Shown here piece after piece: positions 26,174-36,202 of a stretch of DNA of 64,000 nucleotides. The notes beneath the pieces are model-generated. The model searched no databases and was not told where the DNA came from. It worked only from the letters and a program-made list of their open reading frames with translations. Location of the stretch: the NCBI GenBank assembly GCA_039630055.1, contig JBCNVN010000001.1, forward strand, positions 7,588-71,587, read 5' to 3'. Each line of letters begins with the position of its first letter. The first letter of the stretch is position 1. Position numbers and translations under genes: made by a program. Origin of the DNA: Candidatus Caldarchaeales archaeon (lineage in GTDB: Archaea; Thermoproteota; Nitrososphaeria_A; Caldarchaeales; Wolframiiraptoraceae).

Positions 26174-28303
26174 CTACTTTCTATAGATAAACCCTCTTAC
26201 ATCGACGGCGACGAATCTGTCACCATTAGCTATCAGCGGATTTATCTCAAACTGTTTTATTGAAGGATTCTCAAAGATTATAGATGAGAAATCTGAGATC
26301 TTTTCTGCCAGAATCTTTAGGTTAACACTTGGTAAACCTCTATATCCTTCTAGTAACTTCTTCATCTTTAACTCGCTTATCATTTCTTCAGCTTCATGAG
26401 TTTCTACGGGTGCAACTCTAACAGAGATATCTTTCATGATCTCTGTGAAGACTCCTCCAAGGCCGATGCTAACTATAGGTCCGAAGATAGGGTCCCAGTC
26501 TGAGCCGAGTATTAATTCTAAGCCATTAACCATCTCCTGTATAATCGCACCCTCCCACTCTACTCCAATCTCAGCTACTCTATCCCTAAGATGTCTATAT
26601 GCTTCTAACAGCTCTTCTGGTTTTTTTAATCCTAATATAACTCCACCTACATCGGTTTTATGAGCGATCTTTCTAGAAAAGATCTTCATGACATATGGTG
26701 GTGAGAGATCTTCAATAACTTTTTCTAGTTCTTTTTCCTCTGTAACTTTAATAGTTTTAGGAGCCTCTATACCGTACTGATTTATTATCTCTATAGTATG
26801 CTCTAATGATAGTGGGCCATTAGATAGATCTCCTATCCAGCTTAGTTTATCATTTCTATAAGGATAGTTGAAGGTTCTAGGCATAGGTCTCTTATAAGAT
26901 GTAAGTGCTGATAGTGCTTTTATAGCTCTTCTAATATCTGGATATGAAGGTATTCTCAGCTTGTCAAACTTCTCCCTAATCAGCTTGGACCATTCAGACT
27001 CTCCATACTCACATACAACGGTTGGAGCATTATACTTTCTAATAACATTGAATAACCTATCGGTGATCGTTTCATCTATCGCTGGAGGTTGATGGCTTGG
27101 CAGTATCAGATAGAGATCATAATAACCTTCTGAGCATACTGTTCTGAATACTTGTTCAAATGATTCAGAGGTTCCTTGAGCGGTTAGATCTAGAGGATTC
27201 TGGACTATGGCTATTTGAGGTATAACTCCATGCTTCTTTAATTCTTCAAGATTTTCCTTCAGCTTTACGGTTAGATCTGGTAATGTTAATCCATGAAGTA
27301 AGGCTAGATCCGAAGAAAGTACAGCGAGCCCACCAGCATTAGTTAAGACGAATAGCTTATTTCCATCTACTGGTCTAAGCATGCTGAAGACCTTGACTAC
27401 GTCGACCATCTCTTCTAAATCTTCAACCTCTATCACCCCAGCTTGCTTGAATACACCTCTATAGACCTGCATTCTACCGACCATACTCGCCGTATGAGTG
27501 TATGCAGCTTTGCTAGCTGCCTCCGTCTTGCCAGCCTTCATTATTACCACCGGCTTCATCGTGGAGGCCTCGATAAGAGCATTTAGGAATCTTCTACCAT
27601 CTCTCACACCCTCTAGATATATGACGATAACCTTGGTTGCCTCATCATATGCAAAATATTTTAAGAAATCCTCGGTGCTTAGATCGATCTGGTTACCCAC
27701 GCTAACCACTGCTCTTACTCCTACTCCCCCTGCTTTAAGACAGTCCATCAATATCTCGCTTATCGCACCACTCTGAGAGATTACAGTGACATTCCCTAAT
27801 ACTGCTTCTGGAAGACTCTCGGCAAGCCTTCCATCGGATAGGGGTTTCTGAAATGGTAGAAAGAAGGTATCTATACCTGAAAGCATATCGAGTATTCCGA
27901 TAGTGTTAGGTCCAAGAACACGGATTCCTGTTTCTACGATCACCTTCCTCAACTTTTCATCTAGATCTCTTCTACCGATCTCTCCGAATCCTCCACTGAT
28001 AACTATGGCGGCTTTTACTCCGTTCTCTCCAGCTTCTCTTAAAACATCTATAACAGATTCAGCCGGTATAGCGATTACCACGAGATCAACTCTTTCCCCT
28101 ATCTCAGAGATCTTAGAATAAACTTTTACATTGTTTAGAGTACTTATTTTTGGGTTAACTGGATAGATCTCTGCTTTTAGTCTTCCAGAAATCTTGTTCC
28201 TCATAAGTTTTTGATATATTATGCTACCAAGTTTTGACGGGTCACTAGAAACCCCTATGACGGCAATAGATCTTGGATTAAAGAATGAGTTCAAGTCTTC
28301 CAT
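26174..28303 (-). CDS. ADP-forming acetyl-CoA synthetase (fused alpha-beta, NDP-forming acyl-CoA synthetase)
   Basis: 709 aa with an N-terminal CoA-binding domain (PRSIAVIGVS), a succinyl-CoA-synthetase-like flavodoxin domain and a C-terminal ATP-grasp domain. Confidence 0.85.
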   Translation of the reverse strand: MEDLNSFFNPRSIAVIGVSSDPSKLGSIIYQKLMRNKISGRLKAEIYPVNPKISTLNNVKVYSKISEIGERVDLVVIAIPAESVIDVLREAGENGVKAAIVISGGFGEIGRRDLDEKLRKVIVETGIRVLGPNTIGILDMLSGIDTFFLPFQKPLSDGRLAESLPEAVLGNVTVISQSGAISEILMDCLKAGGVGVRAVVSVGNQIDLSTEDFLKYFAYDEATKVIVIYLEGVRDGRRFLNALIEASTMKPVVIMKAGKTEAASKAAYTHTASMVGRMQVYRGVFKQAGVIEVEDLEEMVDVVKVFSMLRPVDGNKLFVLTNAGGLAVLSSDLALLHGLTLPDLTVKLKENLEELKKHGVIPQIAIVQNPLDLTAQGTSESFEQVFRTVCSEGYYDLYLILPSHQPPAIDETITDRLFNVIRKYNAPTVVCEYGESEWSKLIREKFDKLRIPSYPDIRRAIKALSALTSYKRPMPRTFNYPYRNDKLSWIGDLSNGPLSLEHTIEIINQYGIEAPKTIKVTEEKELEKVIEDLSPPYVMKIFSRKIAHKTDVGGVILGLKKPEELLEAYRHLRDRVAEIGVEWEGAIIQEMVNGLELILGSDWDPIFGPIVSIGLGGVFTEIMKDISVRVAPVETHEAEEMISELKMKKLLEGYRGLPSVNLKILAEKISDFSSIIFENPSIKQFEINPLIANGDRFVAVDVRGFIYRK

Positions 28304-28415
28304 ATTTTCTCCATCCTCAATTATATCTATATGGAGTAAGTAATCAACCTTAATACTAGATAGAGGTTTTACTTATCGGAGAAATATTAATTCGATCTTT
28401 AGGCTCTTCTTATCC

Positions 28416-29762
28416 CTAACTTTCATTCGGCCTGATGAATGTTCCGAGTGCTTTATCTGTAATAACCTCGCCTTCTTCAGCTATCTTAACCCCTCTAAGT
28501 ATAGTGTACCTTATCTTTCCTCTTAGACTCCATCCATCATAGGGTGTTATCTTATGTTTACTATGAAGTTTATTAGATTGAATTATGTTAACTCTCTCTG
28601 GATCAACGATTACCAGGTCTCCGTCTGCACCAATCTTTAAAGAACCTTTTCTAGGATATATTCCGAAGATCCTTGCCGGGTTTTCTGATAGGGTGAGAGG
28701 TATCGTCTCTATCGGGATCCTACCTTTTAATGCAGCATCAAGCATTAGTGGGAACAATGTCTCGACCCCTATGAATCCAGAGGCGGCTTCCCAGATATCT
28801 TTTGTCTTCTCTTCTAATGTATGTGGAGCATGATCAGATGCTATGCAATCTATTATCTTTCTATTTAAACCATTCAATAAGCTTATCTGATCTTTCTTAC
28901 TTCTTAGAGGTGGATTGATCTTTACGAGTGGACCATATTTTAGCTGGTCTTCATAAGTCATCAACAAGTATTGGGGGCAGGTCTCTCCATAAGCATTAAC
29001 CCTCATCATCTTAGCTCTAGCTAGAAGGTTTACAGACTCACCGGTACTCATATGGACTATCAGAACCTTCCCACCTGTTTTCTTTGCATAGATGAGGATT
29101 CTAGATACAGCTTCTTCTTCACATATGTTTGGTCTAGAGTCTGGATGTACAAGCGGATCTCTCCTACCACTACTTTTCACTTTCTCAGTATAATATTTTA
29201 TAAGCTCGTAATTTTCTGCATGGAATGCTAGTGTAAAACCGTATTTATGGCTCTTCTCCATGGCCTCGATGATAAGCTTATCAGGTGGAGGAGGGATATC
29301 TCCCGTGGTAGGACCCATGAAAACTTTGAAGCCGATAGCTCCATCAAACCACATATCTTCTAGTTCATCTATATTTGAGTCATGGAGAACACCGTACAAT
29401 CCATAATCTACATATGCTTTATTCTTCAAGATCTCTCTCTTCTCCCTCAATCTCTCAGCGGAGTCTACAGGTGGAAGAGTATTAGGCATCTCTAATATTG
29501 TCGTCACACCTCCAGCGGCCGCCGCAAGAGTCCCCGTCATGAAATCTTCTTTATACGTTAGTCCGGGTTCTCTCATATGTACATGCTCGTCTACTACTCC
29601 TGGAAAGACTAGTAGGCCTCTAGCATCTAAGACTTCTACACTATTGCTTTTGAGATCTTTACCTATGGCCTCGATGACTCCGTCCACTATGAGTAGGTCG
29701 AGCTCTTCTACCCCGCTAGGTAGTACTAGCCTTCCCCCCTTTACGAGTATGCTACCGTTCAT
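28416..29762 (-). CDS. pyrC: Dihydroorotase (cyclic amidohydrolase family)
   Basis: 448 aa with VDEHVHMREPG, the carbamyl-Lys region GFKVFMG and IASDHAPH. pyrB lies nearby. Confidence 0.8.
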   Translation of the reverse strand: MNGSILVKGGRLVLPSGVEELDLLIVDGVIEAIGKDLKSNSVEVLDARGLLVFPGVVDEHVHMREPGLTYKEDFMTGTLAAAAGGVTTILEMPNTLPPVDSAERLREKREILKNKAYVDYGLYGVLHDSNIDELEDMWFDGAIGFKVFMGPTTGDIPPPPDKLIIEAMEKSHKYGFTLAFHAENYELIKYYTEKVKSSGRRDPLVHPDSRPNICEEEAVSRILIYAKKTGGKVLIVHMSTGESVNLLARAKMMRVNAYGETCPQYLLMTYEDQLKYGPLVKINPPLRSKKDQISLLNGLNRKIIDCIASDHAPHTLEEKTKDIWEAASGFIGVETLFPLMLDAALKGRIPIETIPLTLSENPARIFGIYPRKGSLKIGADGDLVIVDPERVNIIQSNKLHSKHKITPYDGWSLRGKIRYTILRGVKIAEEGEVITDKALGTFIRPNES

Positions 29763-29945
29763 CTTATTCCTCCATTCTACGACTCAACTAATCGTTTACT
29801 CTATATATCTATTTTATTTTAAAAATTATCTAGGTTCTTGGTTTCATCCATAGATTCAATCAATAAACTTTAACATATAAAATCGTCAAGATAAGATGTA
29901 TACAGAATATTTATTATTTAAGTCTGGAGAAGTTATCATCAAGAG

Positions 29946-30701
29946 ATGGGCTCGGACATTGTAGCTTTAATTTTAGCTGGTGGAGAAGGTAGCAGACTTA
30001 GACCATTATCCTACTATTTTCAGAAATGTATGATCCCGATAGGCTCTAGACAGAAACCATTACTCGAATACATTATACGGAATCTTAAAAAACATTCTTT
30101 GAGAGATATCTTGATCGCGGTCGGCTATAAAGCTGAACAGATAATCAACTATTTCAGAGACGGTAACGAATATAGTTTAAACATAAGATATGTACATGAC
30201 AGCCCGGATCTGAAGGGTACCGGTGGATCACTACTAAATATATTCAGAGGAGGATATCTTCAAGAATATAATACGATACTAATCCACTATGGAGACATAC
30301 TTTCAAATATTGATCTATCCCATATGCTTAAGAATTATAGGGAGAGTGGAGCAGACGTAATGGTTGCATTATCTTCAAAATATCAACTGCCTGTAGGAGT
30401 TGCACGGGTAGATGAAGAAAACACGATAGTATCTTTTGAGGAGAAGCCTTCAATAAACATATATGTCAGCATAGGTATAGTAATCTTGAACTCAAAGGTT
30501 TTGGCTGATCTTAATAGACTTGCTACAGATATGAGAAGTCTAGATATTATGTCAGACTTTATCCCTTATCTCATCAAGTCTAAGAGAATGGTTAAAGCGT
30601 ATATTACAGATTCATTCTGGTACGATGTTGGATCGATAGAGAAATATGAAAAGCTTACAAATGAACTAGTTGAGAGATATCTGGCTGATCTAGAGAAATA
30701 A
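29946..30701 (+). CDS. Sugar-phosphate nucleotidyltransferase
   Basis: 251 aa with the N-terminal LILAGGEGSRLRPLS motif. Confidence 0.8.
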   Translation: MGSDIVALILAGGEGSRLRPLSYYFQKCMIPIGSRQKPLLEYIIRNLKKHSLRDILIAVGYKAEQIINYFRDGNEYSLNIRYVHDSPDLKGTGGSLLNIFRGGYLQEYNTILIHYGDILSNIDLSHMLKNYRESGADVMVALSSKYQLPVGVARVDEENTIVSFEEKPSINIYVSIGIVILNSKVLADLNRLATDMRSLDIMSDFIPYLIKSKRMVKAYITDSFWYDVGSIEKYEKLTNELVERYLADLEK

Positions 30702-30810
30702 CCGAGATCATTATACTGAGTATGCTAGAAGCCTATATCGTTACATATAGTCGTGTAAGCATATTTTTATCGGCTAAAGATTAAGAATAGGCAAGCTCAT
30801 CTCTTAAAAA

Positions 30811-31761
30811 GTGAATAGGAGTGAATGGAGATTGAGCCAACTATATTGTAGAGATATAATATCTGCTCTTGAATTCAGTAGGGATATAATGGACTCTATA
30901 TTCGAAGAAGCGGATAGTATTAGAAGAGAGCTGGGAGGCAAGAAGATTCTAGACTATTGTAAAGATAAAATCATGGTCACACTGTTTCTCGAGCCGAGTA
31001 CACGTACAAGGTTAAGCTTCCAGTTTGCAATGATAAGGCTCGGAGGCATAGTAATAGACTTCGGGTTAGAGCAAGCTGCAAGCATAGTTAAGGGAGAGAG
31101 TTTTGAAGATACGGTTAAGATGGTCGATGGATATAATCCAGACATAATCGTGATTAGACATAGAGAGCCTGGCTCAGCGGCGAGAGCAGCAGAGATAGCC
31201 TCTGCACCTATCATAAATGCAGGGGATGGATGGAATGAGCATCCAACTCAAGCATTGCTAGACCTTTACACGATAAGGAGAGAGCTGGGAAGAATAGATA
31301 ACATAACAGTTGGAATTATGGGAGATTTAAGATATGGCAGGACTCCAAGTAGTTTAAGCTACGCTTTATCAAGATATAGAGGTGTTAGGATAGTGTATAT
31401 TGCTCCCAAAGAACTACAGATCCGTCGAGAAGTTTTAGATAAGATAGATGGTTTAGTCGAGTTTAGAATGGTTGAGAAAGTAGAAGAAGTTATAGAAGAG
31501 CTTGATATCCTATATGTGACGAGGCTCCAACGGGAACGATTCTCTGACCTGGCTGAATATGAGAGGCTAAAGGGAAGCTACATTGTAACAAGCGACTTAT
31601 TGAAGAAATTTAAGAGGATACCCTTAATAATGCATCCATTGCCTAGAGTCGATGAGCTCTCGAGAGATGTCGACCTTCTCCCTGAAGCGAAATACTTTGC
31701 ACAAGCAGAGAATGGAGTATATGTTAGAGCTGCTCTAATAAAACATATCCTAACTATTTGA
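30811..31761 (+). CDS. pyrB: Aspartate carbamoyltransferase catalytic subunit
   Basis: 316 aa with STRTRLSF, HPTQALLD and HPLPR. GTG start. Confidence 0.92.
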   Translation: MNRSEWRLSQLYCRDIISALEFSRDIMDSIFEEADSIRRELGGKKILDYCKDKIMVTLFLEPSTRTRLSFQFAMIRLGGIVIDFGLEQAASIVKGESFEDTVKMVDGYNPDIIVIRHREPGSAARAAEIASAPIINAGDGWNEHPTQALLDLYTIRRELGRIDNITVGIMGDLRYGRTPSSLSYALSRYRGVRIVYIAPKELQIRREVLDKIDGLVEFRMVEKVEEVIEELDILYVTRLQRERFSDLAEYERLKGSYIVTSDLLKKFKRIPLIMHPLPRVDELSRDVDLLPEAKYFAQAENGVYVRAALIKHILTI

Positions 31762-31843
31762 GGAATTCATCTCAACGAATAGAACGATTAATATTAATAG
31801 AAGTAGAGACAAGTTAATCAACTAGGACCTTCACATTTAGTTC

Positions 31844-32521
31844 ATGGATCTAAGCTTTAGGTCTCTCTTCTATAGAAGAGAGAAGAAGATCATGGACTTT
31901 ATTGAAGAATATATTGAGAAGGTTGTAGACACGGTTAGATATCTTAGAGTGGTCAGTGAATTGGTTAAGAGTGAAAAGATGGGGGATGCAGCACGCCTCT
32001 ATAACTTTATAGATCTCTTAGAGAGTGAGGCAGATAATATGAGGAGGAAGATCTCTGAAGAACTATGTAAGGGGGCCTTCTTCGCCCATCTTAGAGAAGA
32101 CTTACTAAACCTTGTAGAAGAGATAGATGATATTGCAGATTCTGCTAAATACTTTGTGAAACAGTTTGTAGAGACTACTCCAAGCTGGGATCTATTGTAT
32201 TTCGTATTCAATATCCCCGAGATGGATAGGTACATCCAATCATGTATCGAGGCCTCAGAGAAGCTACTCCATTCTTTCAGGGTTTTTAGAGAAGATGTGG
32301 AGCAGGCTAAACCAATACTACGAGAGATAGAAGATATTGAGGAAGAGGCTGATGAGCTCAAGACATCATTGATAAAGAATATTCTTAGAGAAGCTGATAG
32401 ATTTAGGATAATAGATGTAATACTTGTCAAAGAAATGATTAGTATGATGGATAATATATGTGATTCTGCTGAAGATGCTTCAGACATACTCTTCCAGATA
32501 ATCGCAGAGGGATATGGGTAA
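31844..32521 (+). CDS. DUF47/PhoU-like phosphate-transport regulator
   Basis: 225 aa, all-helical, with ESEADNMRRKI and EEEADELK repeats. It is paired with a PiT-like permease, as is usual for this family. Confidence 0.7.
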   Translation: MDLSFRSLFYRREKKIMDFIEEYIEKVVDTVRYLRVVSELVKSEKMGDAARLYNFIDLLESEADNMRRKISEELCKGAFFAHLREDLLNLVEEIDDIADSAKYFVKQFVETTPSWDLLYFVFNIPEMDRYIQSCIEASEKLLHSFRVFREDVEQAKPILREIEDIEEEADELKTSLIKNILREADRFRIIDVILVKEMISMMDNICDSAEDASDILFQIIAEGYG

Positions 32522-32556
32522 ACACTTTAATAAATGTATACCTCTTTAAGAATTTC

Positions 32557-33462
32557 GTGGAAGAAGCCGAAGCCTTTACGATAGCTATCTTCATATCTTT
32601 CTTGTTCAGCTGGAATAATAGCTCGCTTTTCATAGGCGGTTTAACTAGTTCTGGTATTGTTAAGCTTAGGATTGCAGCTCTCTTTACAGCTCTATCCATG
32701 ATTATAGGATTTTCAGCGGAGAGTCAGAAGATGGATCCTGAGAATATACTCCTTTACGACGGATATCACTCTCCGCTTATCACCATCTTGATTATGCTGG
32801 CTATCTCAAACCTCTTAAGCATCCCGATAAGCATATCAAGTATCTCTATAGCATCTTTAATAGGATCATCGATAGCATCGGGCTCCAGACTAAACATTGT
32901 TTTTCTCTCTATTACAGTATTGGCCTGGCTATTAGCACCCTTATCATCAATGCTCTTAACATCTATCATATATAATATCTTGAGAAAGAGGTTCTCTTCT
33001 ATCAAGATTGACTCCCTTCCTCTACTAAATAAGGTTATAATCTATTCTACTACCTTCTATGCTGCTTATGTAATCTCAGCGAACAACCTCGGATTCCTTA
33101 TATCTATGCTCGATAATGATTCCACGATTACTTATGTAACTACTTTTCTTGGGATAGTTTTAGGATCTTATTTCTTCTCAGAACGTATATCCTACATTAT
33201 GGGCGAGAGGCTTGCGATACTAAGCCCAGTTAAGCTCTCATCAAGCCTTTTATCATCATCTATAATACTCTGGATACTAACTCAGTTCAGTATACCTTCA
33301 GCATTAACTCATATAATTCTTGGAGGGTTTATCGGAGCAGCATCAGCCTCTCCTTCATCCATTATCAACATGAGACTCTTCAAGAATCTTACAAGATCGT
33401 GGATAATTACTACTCTAATATCTATTCCATTATCCTACATCTTAAGAAGTATTATGAGATAG
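32557..33462 (+). CDS. PiT-family inorganic phosphate transporter-like permease
   Basis: 301 aa, polytopic, with an internal repeat. The second repeat has LTHIILGGFIGAASA. The first-repeat signature is degenerate (SWNNSSL where GANDxxN is usual). GTG start. Confidence 0.55.
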   Translation: MEEAEAFTIAIFISFLFSWNNSSLFIGGLTSSGIVKLRIAALFTALSMIIGFSAESQKMDPENILLYDGYHSPLITILIMLAISNLLSIPISISSISIASLIGSSIASGSRLNIVFLSITVLAWLLAPLSSMLLTSIIYNILRKRFSSIKIDSLPLLNKVIIYSTTFYAAYVISANNLGFLISMLDNDSTITYVTTFLGIVLGSYFFSERISYIMGERLAILSPVKLSSSLLSSSIILWILTQFSIPSALTHIILGGFIGAASASPSSIINMRLFKNLTRSWIITTLISIPLSYILRSIMR

Positions 33463-33573
33463 ATGTTACGATCTTGAGACTCTACTAATCTTTTAAAACT
33501 ATGGGGAGCCACTAGTATCTCTGATATAACGAAGATCTTAAAGATTAGATTAGCGAGGTTAGGAGTGGATTAA

Positions 33574-34659
33574 ATGAGTAGAGACAAGGAGACAAAGATC
33601 TTCGAGGTTGATACATTAAATATTAACATGGATTATATTAGTGAGGCTGCTGAAGTGATTAGGGATGGAGGCTTGGTTGTCTTCCCCACCGAGACTGTCT
33701 ATGGGCTTGGAGCAGATGCGTTGAATCGAGAAGCTGTAAGAAAAGTATACGAGGTTAAGAAGAGACCATTAGATAATCCATTGATAGTACATATATCAAA
33801 TATGGGTCAACTAGATAATGTCATATCTAGGATCCATGTAGGAGAAGAAGTCTACAAAATTATGGAGAGGTTCTGGCCTGGTCCTTTAACCCTTATACTT
33901 CCAAAATCAAGAGAATTACCTTATGAGGTGACGGCCGGCCATCAAGTAGTTGCGGTTAGAATGCCTGCCCATCCAGTAGCTTTGAACCTAATAGAATTGA
34001 GCAGGACCCCGATAGTAGGTCCCAGCGCTAATCCAGCCGGTAGACCATCCCCTACTAGTGGAGAACACGTTAAGAAAGATATGATGGGAAAAGTGGATGT
34101 GATAATAGATGCGGGAGAGACACTATATGGTGTTGAGTCAACGATAATAGACTTGACAAGGGATCCTCCGATGCTTCTTAGACCTGGAGCGATCCCAGTA
34201 GAAGAGGTTGAGAAATATATTCAGAAGAGGGTGGATGTGCCGGATTTTGCTAGAGGACTGGTAAAAGTATCTGAGGCAATATCTCCTGGGATGAAGTATA
34301 GACATTATGCACCTATTACACCTTTAATTGTTATTGAGGCTGGAGATTATTCTAATCTGGAGACCTATTGTAGGAAGATTCAGGAGTATGTTAGAGATTT
34401 GAAGAGCTCTGGAAAGAAGATTGTAATATTGGCCTCGAGAGAGACTAGAGAACTCTATGAAAATATTGATGTACTGGTTTTAGGTTCTAGAAGTAATCTT
34501 TTTGAAGTTGCTAAGAACCTCTTCTCAACCCTGAGGATTATCGATGAGCTTAAAGTAGATTTGGCCGTATCTGAAGGATTTGAAGAGAGAGGGTTAGGAT
34601 TGACTATAATGAATAGGTTACGGAAAGCAAGCGGATACAATATCATAAAGATACCGTGA
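33574..34659 (+). CDS. sua5: Threonylcarbamoyl-AMP synthase Sua5 (YrdC plus Sua5 domains)
   Basis: 361 aa with VVFPTETVYGLGADA, KKRPLDNPLIVH and GPSANPAGRPSPT. Confidence 0.9.
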   Translation: MSRDKETKIFEVDTLNINMDYISEAAEVIRDGGLVVFPTETVYGLGADALNREAVRKVYEVKKRPLDNPLIVHISNMGQLDNVISRIHVGEEVYKIMERFWPGPLTLILPKSRELPYEVTAGHQVVAVRMPAHPVALNLIELSRTPIVGPSANPAGRPSPTSGEHVKKDMMGKVDVIIDAGETLYGVESTIIDLTRDPPMLLRPGAIPVEEVEKYIQKRVDVPDFARGLVKVSEAISPGMKYRHYAPITPLIVIEAGDYSNLETYCRKIQEYVRDLKSSGKKIVILASRETRELYENIDVLVLGSRSNLFEVAKNLFSTLRIIDELKVDLAVSEGFEERGLGLTIMNRLRKASGYNIIKIP

Positions 34660-35005
34660 CTTTCTGAATTATCCATCGTATAGAGTTTAGGGAGTTATCA
34701 TGGATCATCTTCATAAAGTTCTAAGAGGAGATCAGCATCACGTCGTTCTTTGAACACACATACTACATAAACGATTATCAATTATCATGTAGATATGTAA
34801 GAGTATGAAGATGTCAAAGGTTGGAGGAAGCATATATAAATGCTAGGAAATTGAATATAGGAAGATGAAGTTCTTCTACTCTTCTCATTGATGTATGTTA
34901 TCGCTGTCGCTCCCAGTAATCCTTTAGTGCCAGTATTCTCAATGATGCTCTTGATTGTAATATTACTGCTGCTCTACTCTATCTACACCATTAGAAGGTG
35001 ATATA

Positions 35006-36109
35006 TTGAATAGTGAAAACAAATTGTTCTCGAGATCTTCTTTAGAAGATCAACTGAGAGTTTATAGATACGTCATGGAAAAAAAGACTGAGAGTGCTAA
35101 AAACCTCGCCCAACAGATTCGAGAAAAATTCCATGTGAGTATACACCCTGACACCATAAAGCGTTGGAAAAAGAGGGGTTCTCGTTTTGACTTCTTGATC
35201 GATTACCTAGAAACTCCAATATTAGAAATATCGTACTTCACCCTCAGAGACGAGGCAATCAAATTACATAACGTATTCGGCTACGTATTGATAAGCAAGA
35301 TACTTCATATGAAGTATGGCATTAGAATCAGTCCCCCAACAATAAATGGGTGGTTGCGGGGTAAAAAGCCCAGAACAACTAATCTCTCACCATCTCCCGA
35401 ACTCGCTGTAGTAGCTGCTGCCGTTGTAGGAGACGGTTGTATAACTACTAGTAAACATTTGCGTCCCAAACCTTATGTACAAAAAAAGATAGAATTGTCC
35501 ATGAAAGACATTGAACCAGTATTGATGGTAAGAGACTGTCTACTTAAAATTTGCAAATATAATTATATAATTAGTGAAAAACAGGGAAGGTATTGGATTG
35601 CTTGTCATAGAAAGGATCTCGTAGATTATCTAAGTAATAGAGACAACATTCTCAATCTATTGCGATCTTTTCCTATAGAATTTATGAGAATGTTATTTGA
35701 GTGTGATGGTCATGTTTCTGCTAGTATTTCCACAGTAAACGATAAAGGAAAAATTAAAAAAGTCTTTGATGTAAAAATATGTCTAACGAACTCGGACAAA
35801 GAACTTTTAGAGGAGGTTCAAAAACAACTAGAAAAGTTAGGGATTCGTTCAAAGATATATTTATCCACAAAAGCTGGAACCCCACTAATAATGCCCAACA
35901 ACTCTAGGATTTATATAAGGAAGAAAGATATATACAGATTGTCCATACAGGAGAAATTGTCAATAATGAAATTCTCTACAATAAACTTTATTACTAGAAG
36001 AAAAAGACAGAAACTGGAAAATATAATCAACATTCTCCAGAAATGCTCAGAGACAGAGGCTGTAGATGAATGGATTAAACTTGTAGCTGAATATATGAAG
36101 GGCGAATAG
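35006..36109 (+). mobile_element. Free-standing double-motif LAGLIDADG homing-endonuclease-like gene with N-terminal HTH modules
   Basis: 367 aa with two LAGLIDADG-type motifs (VVAAAVVGDGCI and FMRMLFECDGHV) separated by about 90 aa. The N-terminus has two HTH-like segments ending in TIKRWKKRG and TINGWLRGKKP. It carries seven CGN Arg codons and many AAA Lys codons. TTG start. Confidence 0.7.
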
Positions 36110-36202
36110 CCCCCTCCCCTCTCTTTATTTTTATTCTTCTCTAGGCTAATATAAAATTTTCAAGTCTTGTAATTGGATCTATTACTACTTCTCTCAATTA
36201 TC

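Noticed and set aside
26072-26263. 63-aa plus-strand ORF after the IGPD-like gene
   Set aside because: It overlaps both the IGPD-like gene end and the convergent acetyl-CoA synthetase 3' end and shows no support.
31999-32487. Long Ser/Ile-rich antisense ORFs (also 3895-4302, 14587-15117, 7802-8152, 61568-61945 and others)
   Set aside because: These are low-complexity translations opposite well-supported genes. They are the expected consequence of purine-rich AGA/GAA/AAG codons on the coding strand.
35006-36109. LAGLIDADG ORF as an intein or intron-encoded endonuclease
   Set aside because: No host gene frame continues on either side. No Hint splicing blocks (a terminal C/S..HN pair) are visible, and no rRNA or tRNA flanks it. 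It is therefore called free-standing.
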